Source of the DNA: Macrostomum lignano
Lineage: Eukaryota
NCBI GenBank assembly: GCA_002269645.1
Contig: NIVC01004348.1
Coordinates: 1-49,267, forward strand
Direction: 5' to 3'
Length of the DNA: 49,267 nucleotides
In this document: one piece after another, positions 33,601-45,276 of the stretch
Layout: every line of letters starts with the position of its first letter
How positions within the stretch are numbered: position 1 is the stretch's first letter
Translations under genes and position numbers: made by a program
Notes under the pieces: generated by a model
The model's input: the letters and a program-made list of their open reading frames with translations, nothing else
Database searches by the model: none
Told to the model about the DNA's origin: nothing

Positions 33601-35645
33601 CTGTGCAATTTTCTGGCTTGATTTGTGCGAACACAACGCTAACCAGTTTCAAAGAAAACCCAAACAACCCTATTTCAAATTTATTTTCTTTCTCCGCCCT
33701 CACCTCACATAAGTTTGAATTTAAGCTTTCTAAGAAACCATAGGCCCTATGACATAATTTATAGCAAAAAATTAATATACACAAATATCTGTTTAAATTC
33801 TTTTTATGAGCTAAAAAACTGGAAAGCTTTTGCTAAAAAATATCTTTTTTTCATTTTTTCCTATTTCATAGGGCCTAATAACTCTTACACATGATTCTTT
33901 TAAGTGCATGCCAGGTGTGCACGCACACTATTTTGTCAGGACTCGAGTGATGCACACCAACTGTGCATTCCTAATTTTGGCATGCAAGGCCAATGCTGAA
34001 TGCACGCCTGAATTTTTGGGCATTACTACATGATCCAGACCTACTATGACACCACACTATCACACTGACACCAGACACCTTTACTATGGCGTAGATCCTA
34101 CTAATAAGAATAGGCTAATTTGAAACAGAATCAAAATCTTAATTTTACAAAAAACATGCAGTGTTATATAGACCTAACTTATAAGAAAAACATAACTTAA
34201 GATATATGCTTGAGTGAATTGAAAAGGATTCAACTCTATTTTTAATGAAAATTAGGACAGACAAGTTACCATGCTGAGCCTTTTTCCACTGGGACTACAG
34301 GCTACAGCTAGGCCAGGTACCTGGGTATTGAATTAAACTGACTGCCAAACCAGGGTAGCTGAGCATAGTGCTAGCAAAATTCGAGTGGGAATCTTTCTAA
34401 GAACATGATAACATCGTGCTTTATTAGAAGAAGCAGCGTATATAAACAAAACAGCACTTTTGTTCTGTGAAAAAAAATTGAAAAAAGCCACCCAAATATA
34501 TCGCAAAAAAGAAATTTAATCACACAACGTGACCTTTTATATTTCTCACGCTATTCTTAAATCCGTGGCCACGGCTTTGTTGAATGTCCTTGATATATGT
34601 ACATATATGTCTTATCTTGATACTCTGATAAGAGGACCCTCTTACCGACAAGAACAAGTGGCTTCTATTTTGACTAGTTTTGCGTAATTTTTGTGTTTTT
34701 TGTAGTTTTTGGTGACACGTAAAAAACAAAAATTCTTCTATATCATCATCGTTGCGCGGCCTTTTACACATATTGGCAACAGCTCTGGCATCTGAACCCT
34801 CGTCAGACCTCTCATAATAAAATATTTTCTTCTATAGATTTAATACACAATCTTCAAGGTTGTTTAGATCGACTTGTTAAATTCAACTGTCACACTACTC
34901 GTAAACTATTACATACATGTCCACTAAAGTATGTGTCAAACCGCGAATTCGTGCCAAATCTTCGCAACAATCCCTTGTTTTTACATGTACATGTAGTCTA
35001 GTCTAGAATTAAGCAAACATGGCTTCAAAATACAATTAATTGGACTGAAAAAGAATTGCAATAGCTTTTGCCTCTAAATCTTCAATGTGCGTATACATGA
35101 GAACCATATACAGCTGTATTAATGCATACGTGATGGTGTGTAGATCATAAATTTTTTGTGCATGTACATTTAATAAAATATATTACACGAATATATTAAA
35201 ATTGACTTAAAACGATAGCCAGATGTGCAAAAAGGCAACAAAGCATATTGCTTACTGGAAACTTCTAAGAAAACTTGCAGGCAATGAAGAAGGGTTAATA
35301 AGTAGCTCGTAGTAGACATTACAGACAGAAGATCGAATTATAGGAAAGAAGGTCACAAGAAAAAATTCCATTCCCAATTGAATCTGAATTGCGACAAAGT
35401 ACATACATGCAGGCAGTTACTATATTTTTTGCGCTCAGTGTGAGAAACCACTGCACAATAAATAGCGAGAAAATATTTTTTCATATTCTGTGAGCATGCA
35501 TGTATTGAGTTTGCCTCACTAGACTGTGCATGTAAAGGCCGAACAAAGAAGATTTTTTCAGTTTTCACTCTTTACCGAATCATTTTATTGTGTTGTTTTG
35601 TCACCTACAAGCGGTTCGGCCGCTTTTGACAGTAATGTAAAAGTT

Positions 35646-38600
35646 CTACTTCTCAACAGGTGGCATGTCGTACCACCCGGCAGAAGCCTGCAGTGAATGC
35701 GGATCGGTTGAACTGTCGCCAACCTTGGCTCCTTTGATCACTGGACTACGCCCGCTGCCGCCTCCGCTGTAATCCGAATTTGACGGCTTCTTGCGCTGCA
35801 ACGCCCGGTGAGTGCACAGGAACAGAAGGTCCACCAGCATCTCGACTATTTCGCAGAGCGTCAGCACGCTGAGACCGAGCCACAAGCCAACCTGAGCAAG
35901 TGGGATTAGTACAGAACTGTGTCCATTTTTAAACGGGAGCGAATTGACTGCATCAGTTTGACTGCCAGCAGTTTGACTGCCAGCAGTTTGACTGCCAGCA
36001 GTTTGACTGCCAGCAGTTTGACTGTCAGCAGTTTGACTGCCAGCAGTTTGACTGCCAGCAGTTTGACTGTCAGCAGTTTGACTGCCAGCAGTAAGTATTT
36101 GTTTAGGAGGTTAATTCCCTTAAATCACGGCTATACGGCCTGTGAGTCGATCATCGGAGTGATCGGTGTGAATTCACAGTCATGCCCTACTCCTATGAAG
36201 AGATTTAGTACAGAAATTCTCACCTGGCCACCCATGTCGGACAGTACGTCAATGATCTGATAAGCCGGCGTGGAGACGCTCCAATACATGACCGGATCGT
36301 CGTAGAAAACAATTATTTTAACAAAGTTGTTGCTGAAATATTTTATGGAAAAAATCGTACAGCAATGTAAAATTAATTGAATCAACAGTTTAAATTTTTC
36401 TTCAAAAAGCGCATTACGTCATAAAGGAGGCTCGTTCTTGCGGCCTTAAAGCTTGAACAGCCCTTTTAATATTCGAGTTGTAGGACATAATTTGTCGTTG
36501 CGAGTCCGACTGAAATTTTGAAAGGAGGAGGGAAATTTGAATTGCGAAAAGCAGAAATCAGGATTAATCAGCTCTGTGGTTTGCAAATAACGCTTCAGAC
36601 AGATCAAAGCTTGTTCGCCAGATTTTGGCGGCAGGTGCTGCCATGTCATGCAGTAGCTCTACTCCCTCAAACATACGTGTGTGCATTCAGCCAATATTTG
36701 ATCACATTTTTAACCACTGCCTATCCGCTTTATAGTCAGGTAGCGAGAGGTATCAGTAAGTAGTAATTAATCTGTAGAAGTTAGAAAGTAAAATCGATCT
36801 GATCTGCATTCCTATGCCGTTCGTATCATGGCAAAGAATGAGGGGTTTAAGAACACAAAGGGTAGCGCATGCAAGCTACCAGCAGGAGTTTTTGAGCATG
36901 ACAGATATAAAATAAGTACCGAAGGTAAAGCTTAATTCTATGTGCAACCCAAAGTATGTAGCTGTAGGCAACCGAAACGTCAATAGCTAGTCGAATGATT
37001 TTGCTACTCATACAAACGCATTTATGAAGTTCAACGCTGCGATGATTTTTCGAATTGAAAAGCTCAAAATAATCAATATGCCTACCTCGTAGCTGTCGCT
37101 GGGCCACATGGATACGGATAGCGACGTCTGATAAAAGTACTCACTGAAACAAAATACATTGAAACAAATTGGCTATAAATGCACAGCCAAATTTGAGGTT
37201 AGAATCAAAGTATTTGTTTTATAGAAAAACACGTATGCTTTACTCGCAATCCTTTTTGCAGTTGGCGAGGCAGTACTTAAATGCGGCTTGCTCCACTTTG
37301 GTCATGCATTTGGCTAAAAATGGCAAACATTCCATTATAAGTACAGAAATAGACTTTTAAATTTGCAGTGTGTTAGTTTAAATGTTATTCAGGATGAAAT
37401 CGAGTTTAAAATACTCGCTATACCCGTAAGACAATTTAACGTCGGAGACCTCGGCAAATACATGCTTCCGACGTTCTCCAATATCGATGTCTAATTACTG
37501 TAAGTACTTTTAGTTTACACCTTCAGCCGAATGATTGCGTAGTAAGTAAAATACTTCACTGTCGACGTTGGGAATGGTGGTATTGGCTAGCTGTGGCGTA
37601 CATGTATTCTGACTCACCATTATCGCTGATGGTTGACAGGGTTGAATTGTATTCATACAGGCAAATGCTGTACGAAGAGTTATAGAGTGGGTCTATAGCC
37701 GGATTGGAGATGGGCAGATTTGGCGAGCTGCAGTTGCACCTTTTCTCAACTTGACGCTGAATGCAGGTCTTCATACAGGCCTTTGAACGGGTTAGACAAG
37801 ACTTTTAATTTTCTTTCAAGCGTATATAGCGACTTCTGTTGGGTGAAACATTACAAGCACATCGAAAGGTATTAAATTTATAACTAACCGATTGCGAGTA
37901 GTTCACATTAGGTAGGGAGTAGTTCGACTGCACAGCGTACATGTTGTTTAACTGGTTGGCCTCTTCGTAGTTATTCTGGCAGTCATCAGAGTAGGGCGCC
38001 GCCAGACGCTGAGTAAAAAACTGCAATAATATAGACAAGTTAAACAGATCTACGAAGTCCACAACGAGAACAACTAACGCCAGCCCGTTCGGCGTTCACT
38101 CGTATAAACGTACGATACCGTAAATCACCAGACTATTGGAATGTCGTCCACAGAACGTTGGGAGTGCATTCCTGCTGTTTTGTACCTAAGTTTCAACCAA
38201 AGTTTTAAATAGTCTAGGCTATTAAAACCACTGCACCTTTCTATTATTTTATATTGAAACCAGGACCAATTTTCGTGCTTTAAGCTATCTATTACTATCC
38301 ATGTACGCTCGCAACAGTGGCGGGATTGAGGGGGGGGGCAAGGGGGGCGGACGCTCCCCCCTTTGTGGCTGGCGATGATGGCGCCCCTTTTTCCTTTGCC
38401 CTAAAAGGGTCTTCACCACCCTCAGTTTGTTCAGTATGGCGCCCATCTAGGGCGCCCTCTAGTGTATTATGGCGCCCCAATCAGGGTTAAAATCCGCCCC
38501 CCCCCCAATTTTAAAATTCTAAATCCGTCTAAATGCAGCAAACTAGCTCGTAACTATACATGCATATTGAGATATTCAATTGAATATCTGGGCTCATTTT

Positions 38601-41600
38601 CGACGCGCTAAGCGGGTTTAAGAGGTTGTAAATCACCTGTTTAAGACCGATGTAAGTCTCTTGTCCAGGCGATACGCTGATGCCGCTGTCCTCAGGGAAT
38701 GGCTGCTTGTTGGTCTCGTGGACAACGACGCTGACGCCAGCAGAGTTAGCCACGGCTCCGACATACTCAGTCTGGTCGATGAACAGCGTCACAGTGAGGC
38801 CGTGCAGCGGGCCAGTCTGCTGCACCATGAAAGGTTCCGTTCCGTTGGAGGCCGCGTTGAATGTGTAGCAATTGCCGTACAACGGGTGCATGAAACGGGT
38901 GAAATCCCTGTTTGGATTCGGGAGGTGGTTGTGAATGATAAAGCGATGAAGCTTTTCTTGGTACTGTTACAAGTAACAACTGAATGGAATTGTTAGAACT
39001 AATGAACTAATTAACAGCTCATCCTATCTCGAACGAAAGTCGGGTGACATGAATAACAACCAGTTTTCTGACGTTATACTGTGTTTTATAAGTGTCAACT
39101 TCATAGGCTAGGAGGCATCTCTTTAGACTTTGTAATCCTCAGATGTCGAGATGGTGAATCTGTCCTGGAAATTTTCCGGCTATTGTTTAAGCAAAGAAGG
39201 AACTGCCCATATCAACCAGAGTGATTATTGATTTTCCAGACAAGTGTAACAAGATCAATCTGGTTGTCTGAGTTTGCACAGCTACATGTATAGCTCCAAA
39301 TTGAGGTAGCTAGTGCTTGCACATTGGATCAATATACAGTTGGCTGACTATCAACCTGCACTATTTACCACCCTTTCATCAGAAAGGAACTAAATAAAAG
39401 AAATTTCATATAAAGTTTCTGAAATTTCAGGCAGATTAATTCGTTGGGAAGTAAATATTCAATTCGTTGCTAAGTCAATATGCAATTTTGAATTTAGCAT
39501 ATTTAATAACCCGTATCGAATTTTTTGTTTGATGAAGCCCTTTTATGGAGCGTATGCAGATTACTGTTTGTAAAATCTTGAACGATTGTCTAAAAGACTG
39601 AAAGTAATGCGTTTGACTTAATTCCACGTGTTGTTGAAAATAATGCCAGACCGACGTCCATACGCATCCGTTAAGTAAACCCCAACTAAAGATTGAACAC
39701 CATCCATTTGTAGCCGGCAGCAGTCAAGCACTTACCGCTGGCTGCAGTAGCGATCCCCGATGCTGCACTCGATGAGGAAGTCTCCAATCTGGTAGCCGAC
39801 ACTGCTCTTCCAATCGCCGGTGAGTGAGTTGTAATAATCCACAAAGGTATAAGTGATGCCAACTCTGTCCGGTATGACGTTGGGCCCCAGAGCGGTCAGA
39901 TTTTTGCTGGTCTCGTTGCTCACCACATTGCCAGTCATCCAGGAGTACTTTATTGACAAACAAGAAGCGGTAATTATTGTGAGCGGTTCTGCTTTCTCAG
40001 CAAGTAATTGCATACTCTGGCGTGATGCCTACCTTTGTCGCATCGGGTTGCGGAGGTTTACTGTCCCCGGTGCCACCTCCAGGAGGCTTAGTGTCACGTT
40101 TTCGTCTGGTACCTTTGGTGAAGGTAAACGGAGCAAACTAGCAAGCAATTTCAAAGATTTTTTGCCGTTTTCTAGCCTGTCTGAAGTCTGTGCTGCTTCC
40201 TTTGGTCTACATGTCTTTACTAGATGGTTTCCTTTAGTTTAACTGAATTTTTGTCCATACATGTCTCACAAGTCTCAAAGTATGCTGATGTGTGGATAAA
40301 GATTTAGTCGCAGCCTAGGAGAATTGTCAGACAGAGGCATGCCAGAAATTCTGGATCACCTTTGTACACAAAAAGGAAAAAGTGAAATGGAAGGTATAAT
40401 AACAAGGCTAGATAGAAGCAAAATAAAAATAGTTAAAAGGCTTCCAATCTCTTCATAAAACAACAGCCAACGCTTATACGAGCTTAAACCAGCTGTAATT
40501 TAAAATCAGGTTTCTATTGCTTACGAATAGTCGGTCCAATTCCTGGTCTTGTAGGAGCAGCGGTACCTGCTGAATGGGAAAGGAAAACCTGTGAAAATCT
40601 ACGTCAAACTATTTAAACAAAACACTAAAAAGGATTAAGCATCTAAGCCTATGTATACATCAATCTATACGTAACTCGTATGACCGTCTACGTGGAAGCC
40701 ATCTTATATATATATTTATAGTTTGACGCGTCCGCGCAAAGACCAGCTAGATCTCTTTTTGTCTGTGCTACTCTCTGCGTCTCTATACTCTCTGCGTCTC
40801 TATACTCTCTGCGTCTCTACTCTCTGCGTCTCTATACTCTCTGCGTCTCTACTCTCTGCGTCTCTATACTCTCTGCGTCTCTATACTCTCTGCGTCTCTA
40901 CTCTCTGCGTCTCTATACTCTCTGCGTCTCTATACTCTCTGCGTCTCTACTCTCTGCGTCTCTATACTCTCTGCGTCTCTATACTCTCTGCGTCTCTACT
41001 CTCTGCGTCTCTATACTCTCTGCGTCTCTATACTCTCTGCGTCTCTATACTCTCTGCGTCTCTATACTCTCTGCGTCTCTATACTCTCTGCGTCTCTATA
41101 CTCTCTGCGTCTCTATACTCTCTGCGTCTCTATACTCTCTGCGTCTCTATACTCTCTGCGTCTCTATACTCTCTGCATCTCTATACTCTCTGCGTCTCTA
41201 TACTCTCTGCGTCTCTATACTCTCTGCGTCTCTATACTCTCTGCGTCTCTACTCTCTGCGTCTCTATGCGCGGACGCGTTCGCCGAACAACCGAGAGGGG
41301 CAAGTCATGTCGGACTGGCAAGCCATCTTGGAGGAAGACTTGGTCCGAAAAAGCCTTCGTATAAACAGAATCGCCAACACTATTGTAATATTACTTTCGA
41401 AGATTCTTCAGGATCGTCAAGATTTTCCGCTAGCAAACTACGAGTGACTCACCGATTTCAATTGAGCTGGTGACGCTGGAATCGCTTGTCGAGTCTGAAT
41501 GTTGGATTAAGATAGGTTTATTTGCAACACATTCTATTTGGAACGTTAATTTTTTTTCTAAAAGCTGTGATAATAAATTTACTCACTTGATGAAGAGCTC

Positions 41601-42615
41601 AGGGAAGCTCTAACGCGGCTCCTCCTGGCCGGGTTCCTGTTGCACAGAGACACGGCGGGAAACGGTCGCGGCAGCTGGACGGTGGTGCCTTTTTGAACAC
41701 TGATTGGGTACTGATAGTACTTCTGCACTATTAGCGTAATTTGCCAGATCATTATAGCTGAAAGTGATGGCAGTAATATTATACTCTGCTTATCAGTCTT
41801 ATTTTTGCACTTATGTTGTTCAGTTCCTATCTTATATTGCATGGGACGAAGAGATGTGCGTGTTAGTCAGCAGGGTTCCTCGACAGACATCACATCGACA
41901 TCGTCCACCTCTCGAGTAAAATTTTCTGGCAACAGAACTGCCGCTTATTAAACAACTAGCGAGATTTCTCCCAGAAAAAATCACTTCAATAACTACGTTT
42001 AACTTTGTTTGCTCTGCGCCCAGGGATCTTGGCAATGGCTACAAAAATAGCAGCTTAAGAACGTATGCATACTTTGCTATTAGTGGAAGAATTTAATTTT
42101 GCAAACCTGCAACAACAGACTTTAAAGCAACCCCACTCTTGCTTGTAGTAATAATAAATTATTAAGCTAGGCTCGCGTCTAGGAAGATGGAGGAGGCAGG
42201 ACTCAGCGCGGTAGGTGGACTTTTCTGCACAGCTCACTGCTCTATAGGGCTTTTTCCTTCTCTAGCATCGCTTCAAACCTATTGAACCAAGTGTTTCATG
42301 TCTCTCAGGGTGCTAAGATCACTCACATAGTCCAAACAGAAGCAGCAGGACCCATACAGTACGCCTGAGTGGGCTTTGGCTCCGCCTGATGTTGGGCAAC
42401 CCGTGCATGCCGGTGTTCTCGGCCCAGCCGACCATCAGGGCGCGGAATGAAGACCCCTCGGACTGCTGCTTTTGCTGCTGCTGTCGCTGCAGCTGCATTT
42501 TCAAAGCTGCCGAGCCTGTTGGCGAATCCGGCGGAGGAAGCGTCAAAGGAGGTGGCGGCGGCGGCGGATGCATGGCAGCTTCGATATGCGAGTTTTGTAA
42601 AGGAACTTTGAGCAT
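35646..42615 (-). CDS. DEG/ENaC (amiloride-sensitive sodium channel superfamily) subunit, multi-exon
   Basis: Exons (minus): 42615 (or 42771)-42327, 41757-41587, 41494-41453, an unresolved exon near 40590-40520, 40137-40033, 39947-39736, 38907-38637, 38020-37889, 37780-37618, 37313-37244, 37143-37086, 36509-36418, 36332-36224, 35891-35646. Motifs: pre-TM1 TGMHGL, FPAVSLCNRNP, HPLYGNCYTFN, GPLHGLTVTL, PFPEDSGISVSPG, Cys-rich thumb, SMWPS, DMGGQVGLWLGLSVLTLCEIVE. All junctions from 40137 downward are phase-consistent. Confidence 0.9.
35954..36090. repeat. 15-bp minisatellite CAGTTTGACTGCCAG x9 in last DEG/ENaC intron
   Basis: Direct reading; two units carry a C>T variant (GACTGTCAG). Confidence 0.95.
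38315..38535. mobile_element. Degenerate MITE-like element with G-run/C-run ends
   Basis: Left CAGTGGCGGGATTGAGGGGGGGGGC, right AAAATCCGCCCCCCCCC...AAATCCGTCTAAATG, internal GGCGCCC repeats; no clear TSD. Confidence 0.4.
40768..41266. repeat. 17/15-bp minisatellite CTCTATACTCTCTGCGT / CTCTACTCTCTGCGT (~30 units), intronic
   Basis: Direct reading; bracketed by 13-bp inverted repeats ACGCGTCCGCGCA (40726-40738) and TGCGCGGACGCGT (41267-41279). Confidence 0.95.
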
Positions 42616-43129
42616 ATCTGGGACACGTAGAATCACCGCTTGCTGGTGCTGCCAAGCGTGGCAGGGGTTGGGTTGCGTTCTGAGGGAGCTGGCTTGGCAA
42701 ATATAGGCGGGAAGTATTAGGCCCGCGGCTTGGGCGCATTGGGCTCGGTCGCCAAGGACAACCGGTGTTTTCTAACATAATAACTCTCTTTCCTGTTAGA
42801 TCGTACCACAAATGGCATTTGACGGATTGTGTTCTTGGACAATGCTTTCTGTCTACGTTAACCAGATAGATTTACTACTTTCAGTAAAAACTTTTGCACA
42901 CGCACAGGTATTTTAAGTCTGAGTCAGAAAGTTTAAACCGACTCGGATCAGCCAATCCGTCATGACCGTTCCTAATCTTGTGGCGGCGGCGTTTTTGATT
43001 TACATTAATCCACGCGATCCGAATTCGAACACTGTAAGCCCTGCTCGATAAATTGAACTGTCTCCTGTTAACTGGACTCCATCCCCGTTAACTTGTACAA
43101 GATATGCGCGTAACTTTAGGCCAGGACCG

Positions 43130-43785
43130 GTTTCTGAGAGTTCCTACTCTTCATAGAGGTGTTGGGAGCATCAGATTTCCCTGCAGGAGGGTTTCCTGCA
43201 TGAAGTTTCCCTCCAGCTAAGTTCTCCCGTAGCAAAGTTTTCCCACAGAAGCTTTTGCGAAGTTTTTCGGTAGCGTACACACACAGGAAGTTTTCCGCAG
43301 CGATCAGTTCTGCCCCCGCAGTTTTGGCGTCCATATAGCGCCCTGAATCCACTGGCGCCTTTTCCTGCCTACTGTCAGAGAATCATAGAATGATATGTTT
43401 GCAGTCCCGTGTCCCTCGACCACTTACTGCAGGTGTCGTTTCTAAGTTTCAGTGCTCTGAGGACCAGAACGAGTCCTCATCTCTTAAATAGGGAAAACGA
43501 AGCGACACCTGTACACAAAGGGTCAAGGAGCATTAAACTAAAAGATAGCCATCCAAGAACACCTGCTCACGTTTGATTCATGTTGCAGCAGCAACCCTCA
43601 TGACTCGTTTAAGATGATTGATTCCTGCCGTCTTGAGTGCAATTTCAACATTTTAGAAGCCGTGTACATTAAAGCTCAAGCCTAATTTGAACTGTCAGTT
43701 AGCTATGGGGTTGTTCGGGGGTGTTCTACGTTTGGGAAAACTCCGTGCGGAAAAACTTTAGCGGGAAAATCTCTTATAGACCCGA
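43130..43785. mobile_element. Probable old DNA-transposon derivative with inverted subterminal arrays of an AAGTTTTCCCGC-like unit
   Basis: Degenerate ~15-bp units in plus orientation at 43170-43320 and reverse orientation (GGGAAAACT..) at 43733-43775; termini poorly matched. Confidence 0.35.
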
Positions 43786-45276
43786 CTGAGCTCTTTACAG
43801 TTTACAATTGTAGCCACACCTGTAGAGACGCTATTTGTTCAAAGTTTGATTTGCAGACACTATACGGCTCATTCAAACCAGCATCAATTAAAGCTATAGT
43901 TTTTGCGTGTACGCACAGCTTGTGCAAAATGTTTCATCGCTTCATGACATGCGTGCGCGTAATGTGATGACTCGATTGCATGACAGCGGAGTGAACTAGA
44001 ACTCTCAGATTTAGATGTACGAGTACTTCATTTTTTGCTACTCGACCGATACTGACTTTTGGGATGCCCGTAAGTTTCTCTGGCTTACGTAGCAACCTGT
44101 ATTCTCCGACTGACTTAAATCTGAAGAGTACCGAGTCTAGCCGTATCCCAGGTCGCGCTTCAGGTTGGGACGCTTCAAAGGTACATGTAGTTCACCAACG
44201 CGCAGCACTCTATCGCCAAGTTCATTCAAGTGACTATCCTTTAGAAAACTGACAAGTTAGTACGTTACGTACAAGTTCGATTGAATTAAAACTAGAAGAC
44301 AGAGTAAGACGTTCACAGTCCCAGTTATGTGAAGTGTTTGCACTATCAGCTCCAGTTCTAACGCAATGTAACAAGCGCCAAAGATGCGCCACAGCTGACT
44401 TTTAGAACTTTCGACCATCGAGTCTTATCGCGCTGGTGTTGTGAAGACGCGGCACGAAGTGCAAGCTATTTTTAGCCGCTCACATAAGCCAGGGTATGAA
44501 AAATGGCAGTACAACGAAAAGTCTCCGACTGGCCTCAGTAACTAGCTACTTGAAGTAGACACCTGCGAGTAAATATTTTTCCCGCAGTCCAGATAAAGAG
44601 GCAACTAACTACCCGGGCGCTACAATAGATGCTTGCAGCAAAATTTATTCCAATATCTTTTAAACTATTGCAGACTAAAATTTAAAAGAAAAAGTCGATT
44701 GAGAAAAACGAAACAGATTAAAAAGCCGAAAAGGTCCTAAGAAAGTGTGTAGGTTATTCGAAAAAAGAAAATAATTGCTTGTATATTTTTCAACGCTTGA
44801 TTAATTAATATTTGTTGTTGAGTTCAAATGTATAAAACGTAGCGGAATGCCAAACAACTGTCGATAAATTTATGTAAATAGCCTTCAAAAATAGAAAAAA
44901 TGACACTGAAAAATGTGCAAGTGGCTAATTGAAAGTATTTGAATTAGGCCGAAAAAAGCCAGACAAAAAAGCAAAAAACTAAGTCGCTGTTACATTTTGC
45001 CAATTTTGCTAAGACAGCACAACTTACACTGTTGCTCTTCAGTTCGTATACTTGAATTACATGATAACACAAACTAAATATTTGGTCAATTAGTGAGGCA
45101 AATAGGGATCAATAGGAGCTCTGTCTAACGACAAGGACAAGGGCCAAATTGAACGGAAATCAGAATCGCCATGCGGACAGAGCGTAAATAAAATTGCAAA
45201 AAAGCGATTACATGTTTCTCATGTATTTATTGCAATAAACGTTATAAAAGTCTTTGAGACTGAAGAGCAGGAGTGA

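Noticed and set aside
35919-36260. ORF with SLTAS repeats
   Set aside because: Translation of the 15-bp minisatellite.
40697-41329. 10-bp direct repeat AAGCCATCTT as a TSD around the minisatellite element
   Set aside because: No terminal structure abuts either copy; could be chance or a YY1-like motif.
40723-41364. 213-aa ORF with SLYSLRLYTLCV repeats
   Set aside because: Translation of the stop-free minisatellite, antisense within an intron.
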